64,000 nucleotides of DNA from NCBI GenBank assembly GCA_040767085.1, contig JAXGPF010000013.1, forward strand, positions 32,001-96,000, given 5' to 3'. The DNA comes from Kiritimatiellia bacterium. GTDB lineage: Bacteria > Verrucomicrobiota > Kiritimatiellia > JAAZAB01. The stretch's first letter is position 1; the number at the start of each line of letters is the position of its first letter. The notes under the pieces were generated by a model that was not told the DNA's origin, ran no database searches, and saw only the letters and a program-made list of their open reading frames with translations. This document shows, in pieces, positions 29,445 through 38,809 of this stretch. The position numbers and the translations under genes were made by a program.

Positions 29445-30262
29445 TCCTGATTTTGCAGAAATTTTGCGGTTTCGCCCCACCAGGCCGCCGCTGGGGCGTA
29501 GTCCAGGGAACTATGGCCGGCCGCCTGCCGCCACAGGCGTTTGGGGCCGTGATAACTTTCATACAATAACCGGCCTGATTCGGCGGAGACGACTTCGTCA
29601 TGGTCCGCCAGCAGAAAGGCCGCCGGGCCGCGATAATGCCGCAAGGCCGCCCGGCTGTCATAACGTTCGCGCAGCATGAGGCGGACCGGGAAAAAAGGAT
29701 AATGCCGCCGTCCCACGTCCGCCAGGTTCAGAAAGGGCGTGACCAGCAGCAGGCCGGCCACCCGGTCCGGATGCCGGCCCGCCAGGGCGGCCGCCGCGCC
29801 GGTGCCCAGCGATTCGCCGACCACGATCAAAGGCCGGCCGTCCGTCGGCAGACTGTGGAGCGCGTCCTCCGCGGCAGCGCGGATGGATGGCTCCGACGGC
29901 CGGCCCGCGCGCGCGCCGTAGCCCGGGTATTCCAGCAGCAGGGTTTCCCAGGGCGGGTCCAGGGCGCGGAAGCCTTCGGCGAAATAGACCCGGTCCAGGG
30001 CGTGTCCGGCGTTGCCGTGCAGCACCAGCGCCCGGGGGGCGCCAGGCGCGTCCGCCGGCATCCGCCAGCCGATCAGTTCGCCGCCGGCATTGCGCCAGGG
30101 CTGCAAGCCGGCCTGTTGCGCTTGCGCCAGCAGATCGCCGGGCGCAACGCGGCTGGGATGATAGATCATACGGCGCTGGAATATGGCGCAGCAGGCCACG
30201 CAACCAAGGTAACTCAGGGCGGCGATCCGCAAGGTTGCAACTATGGGATAGGGCAAGTGCAT
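29441..30262 (-). CDS. Alpha/beta hydrolase (ABHD13-like)
   Basis: HGNAG, EYPGYG, GESLG nucleophile elbow, DEVV, GH. Confidence 0.9.
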   Translation of the reverse strand: MHLPYPIVATLRIAALSYLGCVACCAIFQRRMIYHPSRVAPGDLLAQAQQAGLQPWRNAGGELIGWRMPADAPGAPRALVLHGNAGHALDRVYFAEGFRALDPPWETLLLEYPGYGARAGRPSEPSIRAAAEDALHSLPTDGRPLIVVGESLGTGAAAALAGRHPDRVAGLLLVTPFLNLADVGRRHYPFFPVRLMLRERYDSRAALRHYRGPAAFLLADHDEVVSAESGRLLYESYHGPKRLWRQAAGHSSLDYAPAAAWWGETAKFLQNQD

Positions 30263-30291
30263 GGTGTCCGGGGGTTCCTTCCGGAGCGGAT

Positions 30292-30885
30292 TTAAGCCGG
30301 GTTGCCAGCTGCCAGCGCGGGGGGCGGTTCCGGGGCGGCTGACGGTTCAGTGGCCGTTGGCTGCGCCGGGCCCTCCAGCAACTCCAGCACTTCCTGCCGG
30401 ACATGCTCCAGCTGGTCCAAATCCAGCATGGGATCAACGATCAGGAAGGTTTCAGCGGTCTGGCGATGTTCGTAAATCCGGGCCAGGCGGCCGTCCGGGC
30501 GTTGCTGGACGTCTTTTTCCACCAGGAGGCGCCGGCGTTCCAGCATAACGGCCAGAATGTAAATGACATTCAGGCGGGAGGCGTCGGCCTGTTCCATTAA
30601 ATCGCGCAGCATGCGCTCGACATTCTCGCGGTTGAGCGGTTCCGGCGCCGGTGGCGGCGGCGCCTGGAAGATGCCTTTCCACTGGCTGACCAGCGTCGCG
30701 CGCTCCGGCGGCTGGGCCGCCCAGCACTTCTGGCAATGATCCTGACGCTGGTAGCCGTCCTGGTTGAACAGCAGGGCGGAAACGTATTCCTGGCCGTCGT
30801 CAAAAGGCTGCTGGCATTGCGCGCAGGCGGGGCTGCGGGGCTTGATATCCCAATCCTGGTTCGCGGAAAAATAAGGGTTAGGCAT
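30292..30885 (-). CDS. Hypothetical protein with N-terminal CxxC...CxxCW motif
   Basis: CAQC...CQKCW, ILAVMLERRRLL; overlaps the pgsA stop. Confidence 0.8.
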   Translation of the reverse strand: MPNPYFSANQDWDIKPRSPACAQCQQPFDDGQEYVSALLFNQDGYQRQDHCQKCWAAQPPERATLVSQWKGIFQAPPPPAPEPLNRENVERMLRDLMEQADASRLNVIYILAVMLERRRLLVEKDVQQRPDGRLARIYEHRQTAETFLIVDPMLDLDQLEHVRQEVLELLEGPAQPTATEPSAAPEPPPALAAGNPA

Positions 30886-31486
30886 TTTTCATCACCATTT
30901 TGCGGCATTTCCAGAAGTACATGCTGCCGGAAATGACCGTCAGCACGGTTACCAGCCAGACGCTGGCGATGGCGGTGTAATGAAACCAGCGGTTGAAGGC
31001 GACATTGATGGTTTCCGGCAATTGCCGTGCGTTCATCCACCAGGGCAGGATTTCGTCGCGCAGCGCCAGACCCAGCATGATGGCGGCGATGACGACGATT
31101 TGCCAGATGGTTTTATGCTTGCCCCAGCGCTCGGCGGAAATGATCTGGCCCTGGCTGGCCGCCAGGAGGCGCAACCCGGTGACCATGAATTCGCGGGCGA
31201 TGATGATGACGGTGATGAACGCCGGCACGATCTGGTCCAGCGCGGTAAAACAGATGAAGGCCGAACATACGAGGATTTTATCGGCCAGCGGGTCCATCAG
31301 CTTGCCGAAAACGGTGGTGCCATAAACGTTGCGCGCCAGCCGGCCGTCCCAGTAGTCGGTCAAGGCCGCCAGCAGGAAAAACAGCAGGGCGGTGGACTTG
31401 CCGTAGGGCACGGGCAGCGAAAGGCAGGCGGTCATGATCAACGCCATGACCAGCCGGCTGAGGGTTAACTTGTTGCACAGGTTCAT
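30878..31486 (-). CDS. pgsA: CDP-diacylglycerol--glycerol-3-phosphate 3-phosphatidyltransferase
   Basis: NKLTLSR, TDYWDGRLAR, GKLMDPLADK, REFMVTGLR, GKHKT. Confidence 0.95.
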   Translation of the reverse strand: MNLCNKLTLSRLVMALIMTACLSLPVPYGKSTALLFFLLAALTDYWDGRLARNVYGTTVFGKLMDPLADKILVCSAFICFTALDQIVPAFITVIIIAREFMVTGLRLLAASQGQIISAERWGKHKTIWQIVVIAAIMLGLALRDEILPWWMNARQLPETINVAFNRWFHYTAIASVWLVTVLTVISGSMYFWKCRKMVMKNA

Positions 31487-31493
31487 CGGATGC

Positions 31494-32885
31494 TCAAGCG
31501 CCGCGCGCGGCGCGTTCCGGCGCCGGCCGCGCTTCCATGTCGTAGCCGCGGTGGCCGGTATATCGCGCCCGGACAAAGGCGCCCGGGCGGCATTGCCGGG
31601 TCGCGCCGTTCAAATAAATGACGCCATCCACTTCCGGCGCGCAGGCGGCGGACCGCGCGCGCATGACGCCGGGCCGGCGCGGGGCCGGCGCCTCGATCAG
31701 CAGCAGGTCGGTTTGTCCGACACGCGCCCGGGCGGCCGCGGTCACGCGGCGGCGCTGCCGCTGCATCAGCTGGCGTTCGCGCTGCAGCATGATGCCGGGC
31801 CGGACGCGCGGCCGCAGTTTGGACGCGGGCGTGCCGGATTCAGGCGAAAACTTGAATACTCCCAAGTGGTCAAACCGGACAGCAGCGGTAAAGTCGAGCA
31901 AGTGCGCGAAATGGCGCGCGGTTTCGCCGGGAAAGCCCACCAGGCAGGTAGTGCGCAGGACGGCGTCGGGCAGGCGGCGGCGGATGGTGCGGAACAGGTT
32001 GTCCAGGCCGCCGCGCGGCTGCGGCCGGCCCATGGCGGCCAGCATTTCAGGATGGCTGTGCTGGATGGGCAGGTCCAGGTAACGGCAGACCCGCGGCAGT
32101 TCCCCCATGGCATCCAACAATCGTTCCGTGACGTGGGCGGGATGGCCGTACAGCAAGCGGATCCAGAACCGGCCGCCGATGGCATTCAGCGCGCGCAACA
32201 GGCGCGGCAGGTCGTCGCCGCCGCTCAAGTCGCAGCCATAGGTTGTGATGTCCTGCGAGATCAGGTTCAATTCGCGCACGCCGCGCTGCAGCAGTTCCTC
32301 CGCTTCCCGGACGATGGCGGCGACCGGCCGCGAGCGGTAGGCGCCGCGGATGGCGGGAATGGCGCAAAAAGCGCAGCGGTGGTTGCAGCCTTCGGCGACC
32401 TTCAGGTAGGCATAAACCCCGGCGGTGAAGAGCGGGCGGCCGGGCGGCGGCTCGATCACTCTTTGGGCGTCTTGCGTGATGTGCCGGATGCCGCGTTCAC
32501 CCGCGGCCAGCCGGCGCAGCGCCAGGCCGATTTCCGGAATGGCGTCCAGGCCGATAAAGGCGTCCACCTCCGGCAGTTCGCGCGCCAGTTCGTTGCGGTA
32601 ACGCTGAGGCAGGCAGCCGCAAACCATGACGGCCCGACAGCGCCCGGCGGCTTTCCAGGCGCAGGCTTCCAGGATGGCGTCAATGGATTCCTCCTGCGCA
32701 TCGCGGATAAAAGCGCAGGTATTGACCAGAACGATGTCCGCCTTCTCCGGCCGGGCGGCCAGGGCGAATCCGGCGGACTGGGCCTGGGAGGCGATGATTT
32801 CCGAATCTACCAGGTTTTTGGCGCAACCCAGGCTGATCACCCCGATGGTGGATGGCGCGGCGGCTATGGCGGATGGCTTGGGCAT
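31494..32885 (-). CDS. rimO: Ribosomal protein S12 methylthiotransferase
   Basis: SLGCAKNLVDSE, NTCAFI, CNHRCAFC radical SAM motif, APEVDG TRAM domain. Confidence 0.96.
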   Translation of the reverse strand: MPKPSAIAAAPSTIGVISLGCAKNLVDSEIIASQAQSAGFALAARPEKADIVLVNTCAFIRDAQEESIDAILEACAWKAAGRCRAVMVCGCLPQRYRNELARELPEVDAFIGLDAIPEIGLALRRLAAGERGIRHITQDAQRVIEPPPGRPLFTAGVYAYLKVAEGCNHRCAFCAIPAIRGAYRSRPVAAIVREAEELLQRGVRELNLISQDITTYGCDLSGGDDLPRLLRALNAIGGRFWIRLLYGHPAHVTERLLDAMGELPRVCRYLDLPIQHSHPEMLAAMGRPQPRGGLDNLFRTIRRRLPDAVLRTTCLVGFPGETARHFAHLLDFTAAVRFDHLGVFKFSPESGTPASKLRPRVRPGIMLQRERQLMQRQRRRVTAAARARVGQTDLLLIEAPAPRRPGVMRARSAACAPEVDGVIYLNGATRQCRPGAFVRARYTGHRGYDMEARPAPERAARGA

Positions 32886-32892
32886 GATCCGT

Positions 32893-32970
32893 GGTTCAGC
32901 GGTGCAAGGTTCAAGGGTTAGGGAGGTTCAGCGGTTCAACGGTTAGGAGGTTCACGGTTCAACGGTTCGC
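32893..32970. repeat. Degenerate 7-9-nt tandem repeat (GGTTCAAC-like, 10 units)
   Basis: ggttcagc ggtgcaa ggttcaag ggttaggga ggttcagc ggttcaac ggttagga ggttcac ggttcaac ggttcgc. Confidence 0.8.
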
Positions 32971-33009
32971 GGCCCCAGGCAAATCTTCCAGTGTGCCGGG
33001 ACGCGGATT

Positions 33010-33813
33010 TCAGGAATCCGTAGCCGGCGCGGGCGCTGGCTCGAGCGTGATCGCCGGGCCGGACTCGGCCGCCGGGCCGGGCTCGGCCGCCGGGCCGGGA
33101 GCGGGCGGCACGTTCAGGGTAATTGCTGGAACGGGCACATCCGCCACCGGCGCGGCTTGCGCGGTGCGTTCGGCGCGCTGGAGCATAATCAGTGCCAATT
33201 CGGCCTGAGTATTCCAGGCGCTGTCCTGGTTTTCCAGGATGAAATTTTCATACAACGCACGCGCGCCGGCGAAGTCGCCCTGGCGCTCCAGGCAGCGGGC
33301 TTTGCCAAACAGGGCCTGCGGCGCGAGGTAATGTCCGGAATGCGCGGCCACCAGGCGCTCGAAATCGGCCAGGGCCTCCGCGGTTTCGCCGCGGGCTTCG
33401 CGGCACAGGGCCAGGCCTAATTCCGCGGCCAAGGCCATGTTGTGCCGCGGGTAGCGCGTTTGAAATTGCCGGTATGTTGTCACCGCGTCATCATAGGCGC
33501 CGTTGTGGTATTGCGCGTTCGCCAGCGCCAGCAAGGCCAGAGGCGCCGCCGGGGTACGCGGGTGCCGTTGGATGATTTCCTCCCATTGCGCCGGCGCGCG
33601 GGCGACGGACAGCATCTGCAAGGCCTGATCGGCGGATTGCCGGGCGTGCCAAGTCCAGACCAGCGCACTGGCGCATACAATGGCAATTGCGGCCAGGACG
33701 GCCAGCAAGAGATTTTGATGCTGGCGGGCCAGCCGGAGCCATGGCGGAGGCGTACGCGGCGAGCCGGCGGCTGGTGCGGCGGCGGTTTGCATAGCGGCGG
33801 GATCTGACGTCAT
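33010..33813 (-). CDS. Membrane-anchored TPR protein (YfgM-like)
   Basis: One N-terminal TM helix, TPR-like helices, PGPAAE repeats at the C-terminus. Confidence 0.8.
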   Translation of the reverse strand: MTSDPAAMQTAAAPAAGSPRTPPPWLRLARQHQNLLLAVLAAIAIVCASALVWTWHARQSADQALQMLSVARAPAQWEEIIQRHPRTPAAPLALLALANAQYHNGAYDDAVTTYRQFQTRYPRHNMALAAELGLALCREARGETAEALADFERLVAAHSGHYLAPQALFGKARCLERQGDFAGARALYENFILENQDSAWNTQAELALIMLQRAERTAQAAPVADVPVPAITLNVPPAPGPAAEPGPAAESGPAITLEPAPAPATDS

Positions 33814-33931
33814 GGGCGACCTTTCCGGCCCGGCTGGCCAAAATTCCGATAATTGCGCAAAACCAAATAATATTTTACATTTGCCCGGTCTTCAAGTAAA
33901 TTGTGCCGTCAATTTTTTTCAGGAGCGCAGT

Positions 33932-35194
33932 ATGTTTTATCGAATTGCGGCACGTCGGATATTCCGGATCGCGTTTATGCTGGCCTGCCTGGCGGCCGGC
34001 GCGGCTATGGCGCAGCATAATTACCAGAATTACCTGGTGGGCGACCGCGCCTCCGGCATGGGCGGCGCGGTGGTGGCCAGCGCGGACTCCGTGGACGCCT
34101 GTTACTACAATCCGGCCGGCCTGACGCGCCTGGAGGGCAACACCATTTCCCTTTCCGGCAGCCTTTACGGACGCCAATCCTACCGGGCGGAAGACGCGTT
34201 GTACGCGGGGGAAGACTTCAAATACGACTCCTTCGTGACCATCCCGACCACCGTCGGCGGATTGTGGAAAATCTCCGACCGCAACGCGCTGGCGTTTGCG
34301 GTGTTCATGCCCGACCGCATGTCCAGCAGCGAAATGTCCGCCTTCTCCGAAAACATGCATATTTACAACTACAATTCCGAGGACCAGACGCTCTGGCTCG
34401 GGCCGTCCGCCGGCTGGGCGGTCAACCCGGAATTCTCCATCGGCGCCGGGGTATTTGCCGTGTACCGCTCCAACAATGAATACCTGAGTATTCTATATCG
34501 CGACGAAGAAGCCGGCTATGCCCGCGGGCAGAGTTTCAAGGATTGGGGCGTGCTGGCGAACTTCGGTATGCAATACCAGGCCATGGAAAAACTGCGGCTG
34601 GGCGCAACGATCCAAACGCCATCCCTGCATGTGTGGGGCGAGGGTTCCTACCAGGAAAACCTGGTCACGTCGGTGGAGACGGAAAACATATACGCGGAAA
34701 ACATGGACACCGACAATCGCGTGCCGGCGCAGATCAGCGTGGGCGCCGCCTGGTCCGAACCGCGGGTGTACACCCTGGAATTGGACGTGTCATATTATTT
34801 CAGCCAGGATTACGATTTGCTCGCCTGGGGCGACGGCGCAGAGCGCCTGGAATTGAAGGTCAGCCACGACGATGTGATCAATGTCAACGCGGGGGTGGAA
34901 TATTATTACCGGGAAATCTACCCGCTGCGCGCCGGATTCTTTACGGATTTTTCAGCCTCGCCGGGCGTGGACTCCGAGGATCAGAACACGTCGCCGCGCC
35001 TGGATGCTTACGGCATTTCCGCCAGCGTGGGTAAAAAGCTGGAGCATATTTCGCTGAACCTCGGCGTGATCTACGTCTTCGGCAGCGGGCGCAGCCTGGG
35101 CTGGCGCGACCTGGGCGAGGGCATGAACCTGGCGCCCACCACCGCCCGCGTGAACAACGTTTACCTGGTGGTCAACACTTCCTACATGTTTTGA
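33932..35194 (+). CDS. OmpP1/FadL family outer-membrane transporter
   Basis: Signal peptide, GDRASGMGGA, YYNPAGL hatch motif, C-terminal YMF; SD AGGAG. Confidence 0.88.
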   Translation: MFYRIAARRIFRIAFMLACLAAGAAMAQHNYQNYLVGDRASGMGGAVVASADSVDACYYNPAGLTRLEGNTISLSGSLYGRQSYRAEDALYAGEDFKYDSFVTIPTTVGGLWKISDRNALAFAVFMPDRMSSSEMSAFSENMHIYNYNSEDQTLWLGPSAGWAVNPEFSIGAGVFAVYRSNNEYLSILYRDEEAGYARGQSFKDWGVLANFGMQYQAMEKLRLGATIQTPSLHVWGEGSYQENLVTSVETENIYAENMDTDNRVPAQISVGAAWSEPRVYTLELDVSYYFSQDYDLLAWGDGAERLELKVSHDDVINVNAGVEYYYREIYPLRAGFFTDFSASPGVDSEDQNTSPRLDAYGISASVGKKLEHISLNLGVIYVFGSGRSLGWRDLGEGMNLAPTTARVNNVYLVVNTSYMF

Positions 35195-35230
35195 AAGCCC
35201 GCCCCAGCCAAGGCGCAATCACTGTCAGCT

Positions 35231-35410
35231 CTGGCGGATTTCAAGGCGGTTCACGGGCATATTGAAACCATTCTGCCCCGGTTGATCCGTCCGCCCGGTC
35301 CGCATCTGCCTTTCCCCTGGCTGACCCTTCGCATGGGGACGGCTACGCCAATACCATGTATTACAGTGATGCGCACCACATGGCCCTGCGCCTGGCATAC
35401 GATCAAATAT
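35231..35410 (+). pseudogene. Possible frameshifted gene remnant
   Basis: Protein-like text LADFKAVHGHIETILPRLIRPPGPHLPFPWLTL continues after a 1-nt shift as SHGDGYANTMYYSDAHHMALRLAYD; no start codon. Confidence 0.35.
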
Positions 35411-35491
35411 CATGCCCCGGGAGTTGGCGGGGCGCCGGCCGGGCGGCGGGCGTACTTTCGTCTGATCCTGGCCGCCGTACTGCGGCGGCAT

Positions 35492-36676
35492 TCAGAGCAG
35501 GCGCGCGCCGGCGGAAGGCTTGATTGCCCGGACCGGGCAGGGGCGTTGGAACCGGTTCTGAAAGGAATTTTGCAGCGTCGCCGTGATTTCCGGCGCCGCG
35601 TCCGGCGGCGCCGTGACCACCACGCTGCCGCCAAAGCCGCCGCCGGACAGGCGCGCGCCGATGACTTCCGGCAGTTGCCGGGCTTGTTCCACCAGGTGAT
35701 CCAGTTCCGGACAGGAATTCTCGAAATTATCCCGCGAGCTTTGATGGGAGGCGAACATCAATTGCCCGAAGTCCGCCAGGGCGCCCCGCTCCAGGGCCGC
35801 GATGGCTGCCTGCACCCGCTGGTTTTCTTCAAACACGTGCCGGGCCCGCCGCGCGGCGGCGGCGTCCATAAGCGGCGCCAGGCGTTCGAATTCCGCGGGC
35901 GTGACGTCGCGCAGGTTTTTGATGGGACGCCCCAGCGCGCCGGCGCAGAAACGCGCGGCCGCCTCGCATTGATGCCGGCGGTCATTGTAGGCGGACTCCG
36001 CCAGCGCATGGCGCACCCCGGTGTCGGCGATCAGGCAGACCACGGCGCCGGGCAGGGGGATGGACCGGGCGGCCAGTGTCTGGAAATCAATCGCCGCGAG
36101 CGCGTTGACCGCGCCAAAAAGCGAGGAAAGCTGGTCCAGCAGGCCGCAGCGCGCGCCGGCGAATTCGTTTTCCGCCCGCTGGCAGAGCCGGGCCAGGTCC
36201 AGCGGCGGTATTTTTTCATCCGTCAGCGCGGCCAGGGCCAGGGCGGATGCTACCGCCAGGGCCGCCGAACTGGAAAGCCCGGCGCCGCGGGGAATGTCGC
36301 CGCTGAAGCTGATATCGAAACCGCCCTGAGCGCCGACGCCCGCCGGCAGGCCGTGGGCGACGCCCGCGATGTACCTGGCCCAATGCGGCAGCGGGTTGCC
36401 GGCAGGGTCCGTTTGGCCCGGGCCGGCTGCGGGCAGGGCCAATTCCGCCGTCTCGTCCAGGTCCATGGCCAGAAAATTAGCACGCGGGGCCGGCTGACGG
36501 CTGACGGCCGCGCAGATGCCGGCGTCAATGGCGGCGGCCAGCGCCAGGCCGCCATTGTAATCGGTGTGATTGCCCAGGATTTCCACCCGCCCGGGCGCGT
36601 AGGCCATGCATTGCGGCGGCCGTCCGAAATGAGCGGAATGTTGCCGGCAGACCGCATCTGGCAGACGCGGATTCAT
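35492..36676 (-). CDS. galK: Galactokinase
   Basis: APGRVEILGNHTDYN, PRGAGLSSSAA, CGLLDQ, GARLSGGGFGG. Confidence 0.93.
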   Translation of the reverse strand: MNPRLPDAVCRQHSAHFGRPPQCMAYAPGRVEILGNHTDYNGGLALAAAIDAGICAAVSRQPAPRANFLAMDLDETAELALPAAGPGQTDPAGNPLPHWARYIAGVAHGLPAGVGAQGGFDISFSGDIPRGAGLSSSAALAVASALALAALTDEKIPPLDLARLCQRAENEFAGARCGLLDQLSSLFGAVNALAAIDFQTLAARSIPLPGAVVCLIADTGVRHALAESAYNDRRHQCEAAARFCAGALGRPIKNLRDVTPAEFERLAPLMDAAAARRARHVFEENQRVQAAIAALERGALADFGQLMFASHQSSRDNFENSCPELDHLVEQARQLPEVIGARLSGGGFGGSVVVTAPPDAAPEITATLQNSFQNRFQRPCPVRAIKPSAGARLL

Positions 36677-37995
36677 GGGGCGCGGATTTCCCGGAGCAGG
36701 GCGTCGGTGTGTTGCCGCAGCAATTCCGGCGTCCGCGCTTCCAGGTTCAGGCGGATCAAGGGTTCCGTGTTCGAAGGCCGGACATTGAACCACCAATCGG
36801 GGAAAACGACGCTCAAGCCGTCCAGCTCCAGGATTTCACCCTGCGCGTATTTTTCCTTCAGGCGCCGGAGCACTTTGGCCGTATCGCGCACTTCGGAGTT
36901 GATCTCGTCGCTTTTGGCATAACGCTGCAGCGGCTTGATCAGTTGCGAAAGCGGCCGGCCGGACTGGCTGACCAGGTTGGCCACCGCCAGCACCGCCAGC
37001 GCGGCGCTTTCGGTGTAGAAATTGTCGCGGAAATAATAATGCCCCGAAAGTTCGCCGGCGAACACCGCCTGGAGTTCCCGCATTTGCTGCTTGATGAACG
37101 CATGGCCCACGCGGCACATGTGGGGTTTCCCGCCGTTTTCCGTGATGGCTTCCTTGACCGCCCAACTGCTGCGCAGGTCGTAAAGGATGTTCGAACCCGG
37201 CGCGCGCTTGAGCATGATGGTCGCGATCAAAGCGGAGAGCAGGTCCATGGGCACGATGGCGCCCCGTTCGTCCACGAAGCCGACGCGGTCGGCGTCGCCG
37301 TCGAAAGCCACGCCGAAATCGTACCGCCCGCCGCGGATCAGTTTTTGCAGGTCGGCCAGGGTCTCCGTCTTCAGGGGATTGGCCTCATGGTGGGGGAAAG
37401 TCCCGTCGAAAGTGTCGTAAAGCGGTGTGATGTCCAGCAACCCCGCCAGGGCGCGGGCTTCCATGATGCCCATGGCGTTGGCGTAATCCACGGCGATCCG
37501 GACCGGCTGCTGGAGCGCGGCGAATTTCCGGACATGCGCGGCGTAGGCCGCTTGCACATCGTGGCGGGTCACGGCGCCGGGGCGGGCCGCCGGCTGGAAC
37601 CGGCCCGCGCGCGCCAGTTGTTCGATGTCCGCGATACCCGTCTGGCCGCTGATGGGCACCGCCTGGCGCCGGCTGAGCTTGAAGCCGTTCCACTCGCCGG
37701 GATTGTGGGAGGCGGTGATCATAATCCCGGCGTCGGCTCCCAGGCTGCCATTGCCGTAATACGACATTGGCGTGGAGCAAAGGCCCAAGTCAATGACATC
37801 CGCGCCTTGCCGCGTAATCCCGCGCGCCAGGGCGTCAAACAGCGGCTGCGAATGCGGGCGCATGTCGCGGCCGACCACCACCTTGCGGCATTGCAGGAAG
37901 CTCACGAATGCCCGGCCGACCTGCTCGGCCATGGCTTCGTCCAGGTCCCGGCCGTAAACGCCGCGGATGTCGTAAGCTTTGAATATCCCGCTCAT
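36673..37995 (-). CDS. Phosphomannomutase/phosphoglucomutase
   Basis: FKAYDIRG, TASHNP, FDGDADR, GELSGH, RPSNTEP. Confidence 0.95.
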   Translation of the reverse strand: MSGIFKAYDIRGVYGRDLDEAMAEQVGRAFVSFLQCRKVVVGRDMRPHSQPLFDALARGITRQGADVIDLGLCSTPMSYYGNGSLGADAGIMITASHNPGEWNGFKLSRRQAVPISGQTGIADIEQLARAGRFQPAARPGAVTRHDVQAAYAAHVRKFAALQQPVRIAVDYANAMGIMEARALAGLLDITPLYDTFDGTFPHHEANPLKTETLADLQKLIRGGRYDFGVAFDGDADRVGFVDERGAIVPMDLLSALIATIMLKRAPGSNILYDLRSSWAVKEAITENGGKPHMCRVGHAFIKQQMRELQAVFAGELSGHYYFRDNFYTESAALAVLAVANLVSQSGRPLSQLIKPLQRYAKSDEINSEVRDTAKVLRRLKEKYAQGEILELDGLSVVFPDWWFNVRPSNTEPLIRLNLEARTPELLRQHTDALLREIRAP

Positions 37996-38007
37996 TATGA
38001 CAGCAGC

Positions 38008-38364
38008 TCAGGCCTGCGCGGCCTTGGCCTGTTCCACGATCCTGGCAAAACCCGCTTCGTCGTGGATAGCGATTTCCGCCAGCATCTTGCGGTTCAGGCG
38101 GATATCGGCCTTGCGCAGGCCTTCGATCAGCCGGCTGTAGGAAATGCCGCAAAGCTTGCATGCGGCATTGACGCGGATGATCCAGAGGCCGCGGTAATCG
38201 CGCTTGCGTTCCTTGCGGTGGATGGTGGCCAGTTGCATGGCGCGGTCCACTGCCTCGGTGGCTTTGCGGAACAGGCGGTGGCGGGCGCCGTAAAATCCGC
38301 TGGCCCTGGATAAAACCCGTTTGCGGCGGCGCCGGGATGCCGGCGCATTAGTTGCTCTTGGCAT
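38008..38364 (-). CDS. rplT: 50S ribosomal protein L20
   Basis: RKRDYRGLWIIRVNAA, LNRKMLAE. Confidence 0.98.
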   Translation of the reverse strand: MPRATNAPASRRRRKRVLSRASGFYGARHRLFRKATEAVDRAMQLATIHRKERKRDYRGLWIIRVNAACKLCGISYSRLIEGLRKADIRLNRKMLAEIAIHDEAGFARIVEQAKAAQA

Positions 38365-38419
38365 GGATATCTCCCTGTTTAGACGGTCAACTTGATGTTA
38401 AATGCTGGCCGGCAAGGCA

Positions 38420-38608
38420 TTAAATCAGCTTGCCGAGGCGCTTGGTTTCCACGGACGCGAGCACCTTGTTTTGGCGCATTTTCCGTTTGCGCTTGCTGGT
38501 CTTGGATGACAACAGGTGGCTGCGCGCGGCGCCGGTGTGTTTCAATTTGCCCGTAGCTGTTTTGCGAAACCGCTTGGCCACGGATTTCTTGGTTTTCATT
38601 TTCGGCAT
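38420..38608 (-). CDS. rpmI: 50S ribosomal protein L35
   Basis: MPKMKTKKSVAKRF; upstream of rplT. Confidence 0.97.
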   Translation of the reverse strand: MPKMKTKKSVAKRFRKTATGKLKHTGAARSHLLSSKTSKRKRKMRQNKVLASVETKRLGKLI

Positions 38609-38675
38609 AATTTATGCTCCTCGTTGATGTCGGTTTGCCGGCCGGCGGCGGTCTGCCGACAGCAAACAATTGATT

Positions 38676-38704
38676 CTTATATCCATTTACAGCGCCGATG
38701 TCAA
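38676..38704 (-). promoter_or_regulatory. Promoter of rpmI-rplT
   Basis: Minus strand TTGACA-17 nt-TATAAG. Confidence 0.7.
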
Positions 38705-38707
38705 CGC

Positions 38708-38739
38708 TTGTTTGTGGAATATGTTGTTTGTGGAATATG
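38708..38739. repeat. Perfect 16-bp tandem duplication
   Basis: TTGTTTGTGGAATATG x2. Confidence 0.9.
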
Positions 38740-38809
38740 ATTGCATAATAGATGGCAAAGCTTATTCTGAGTCCGGTGATTGACAGGCATAATTTTCAAA
38801 GGCAAGACA

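Noticed and set aside
33053-33108. 18-nt tandem repeats in the TPR gene and CCCAAC repeats at ~10794-10815
   Set aside because: In-frame low-complexity coding repeats (PGPAAE, LGLGLG) with no phase-variation potential
35192-35194. TGA read-through of the FadL-like gene into the open downstream frame
   Set aside because: The protein already ends in a typical barrel C-terminal Phe; no SECIS-like support
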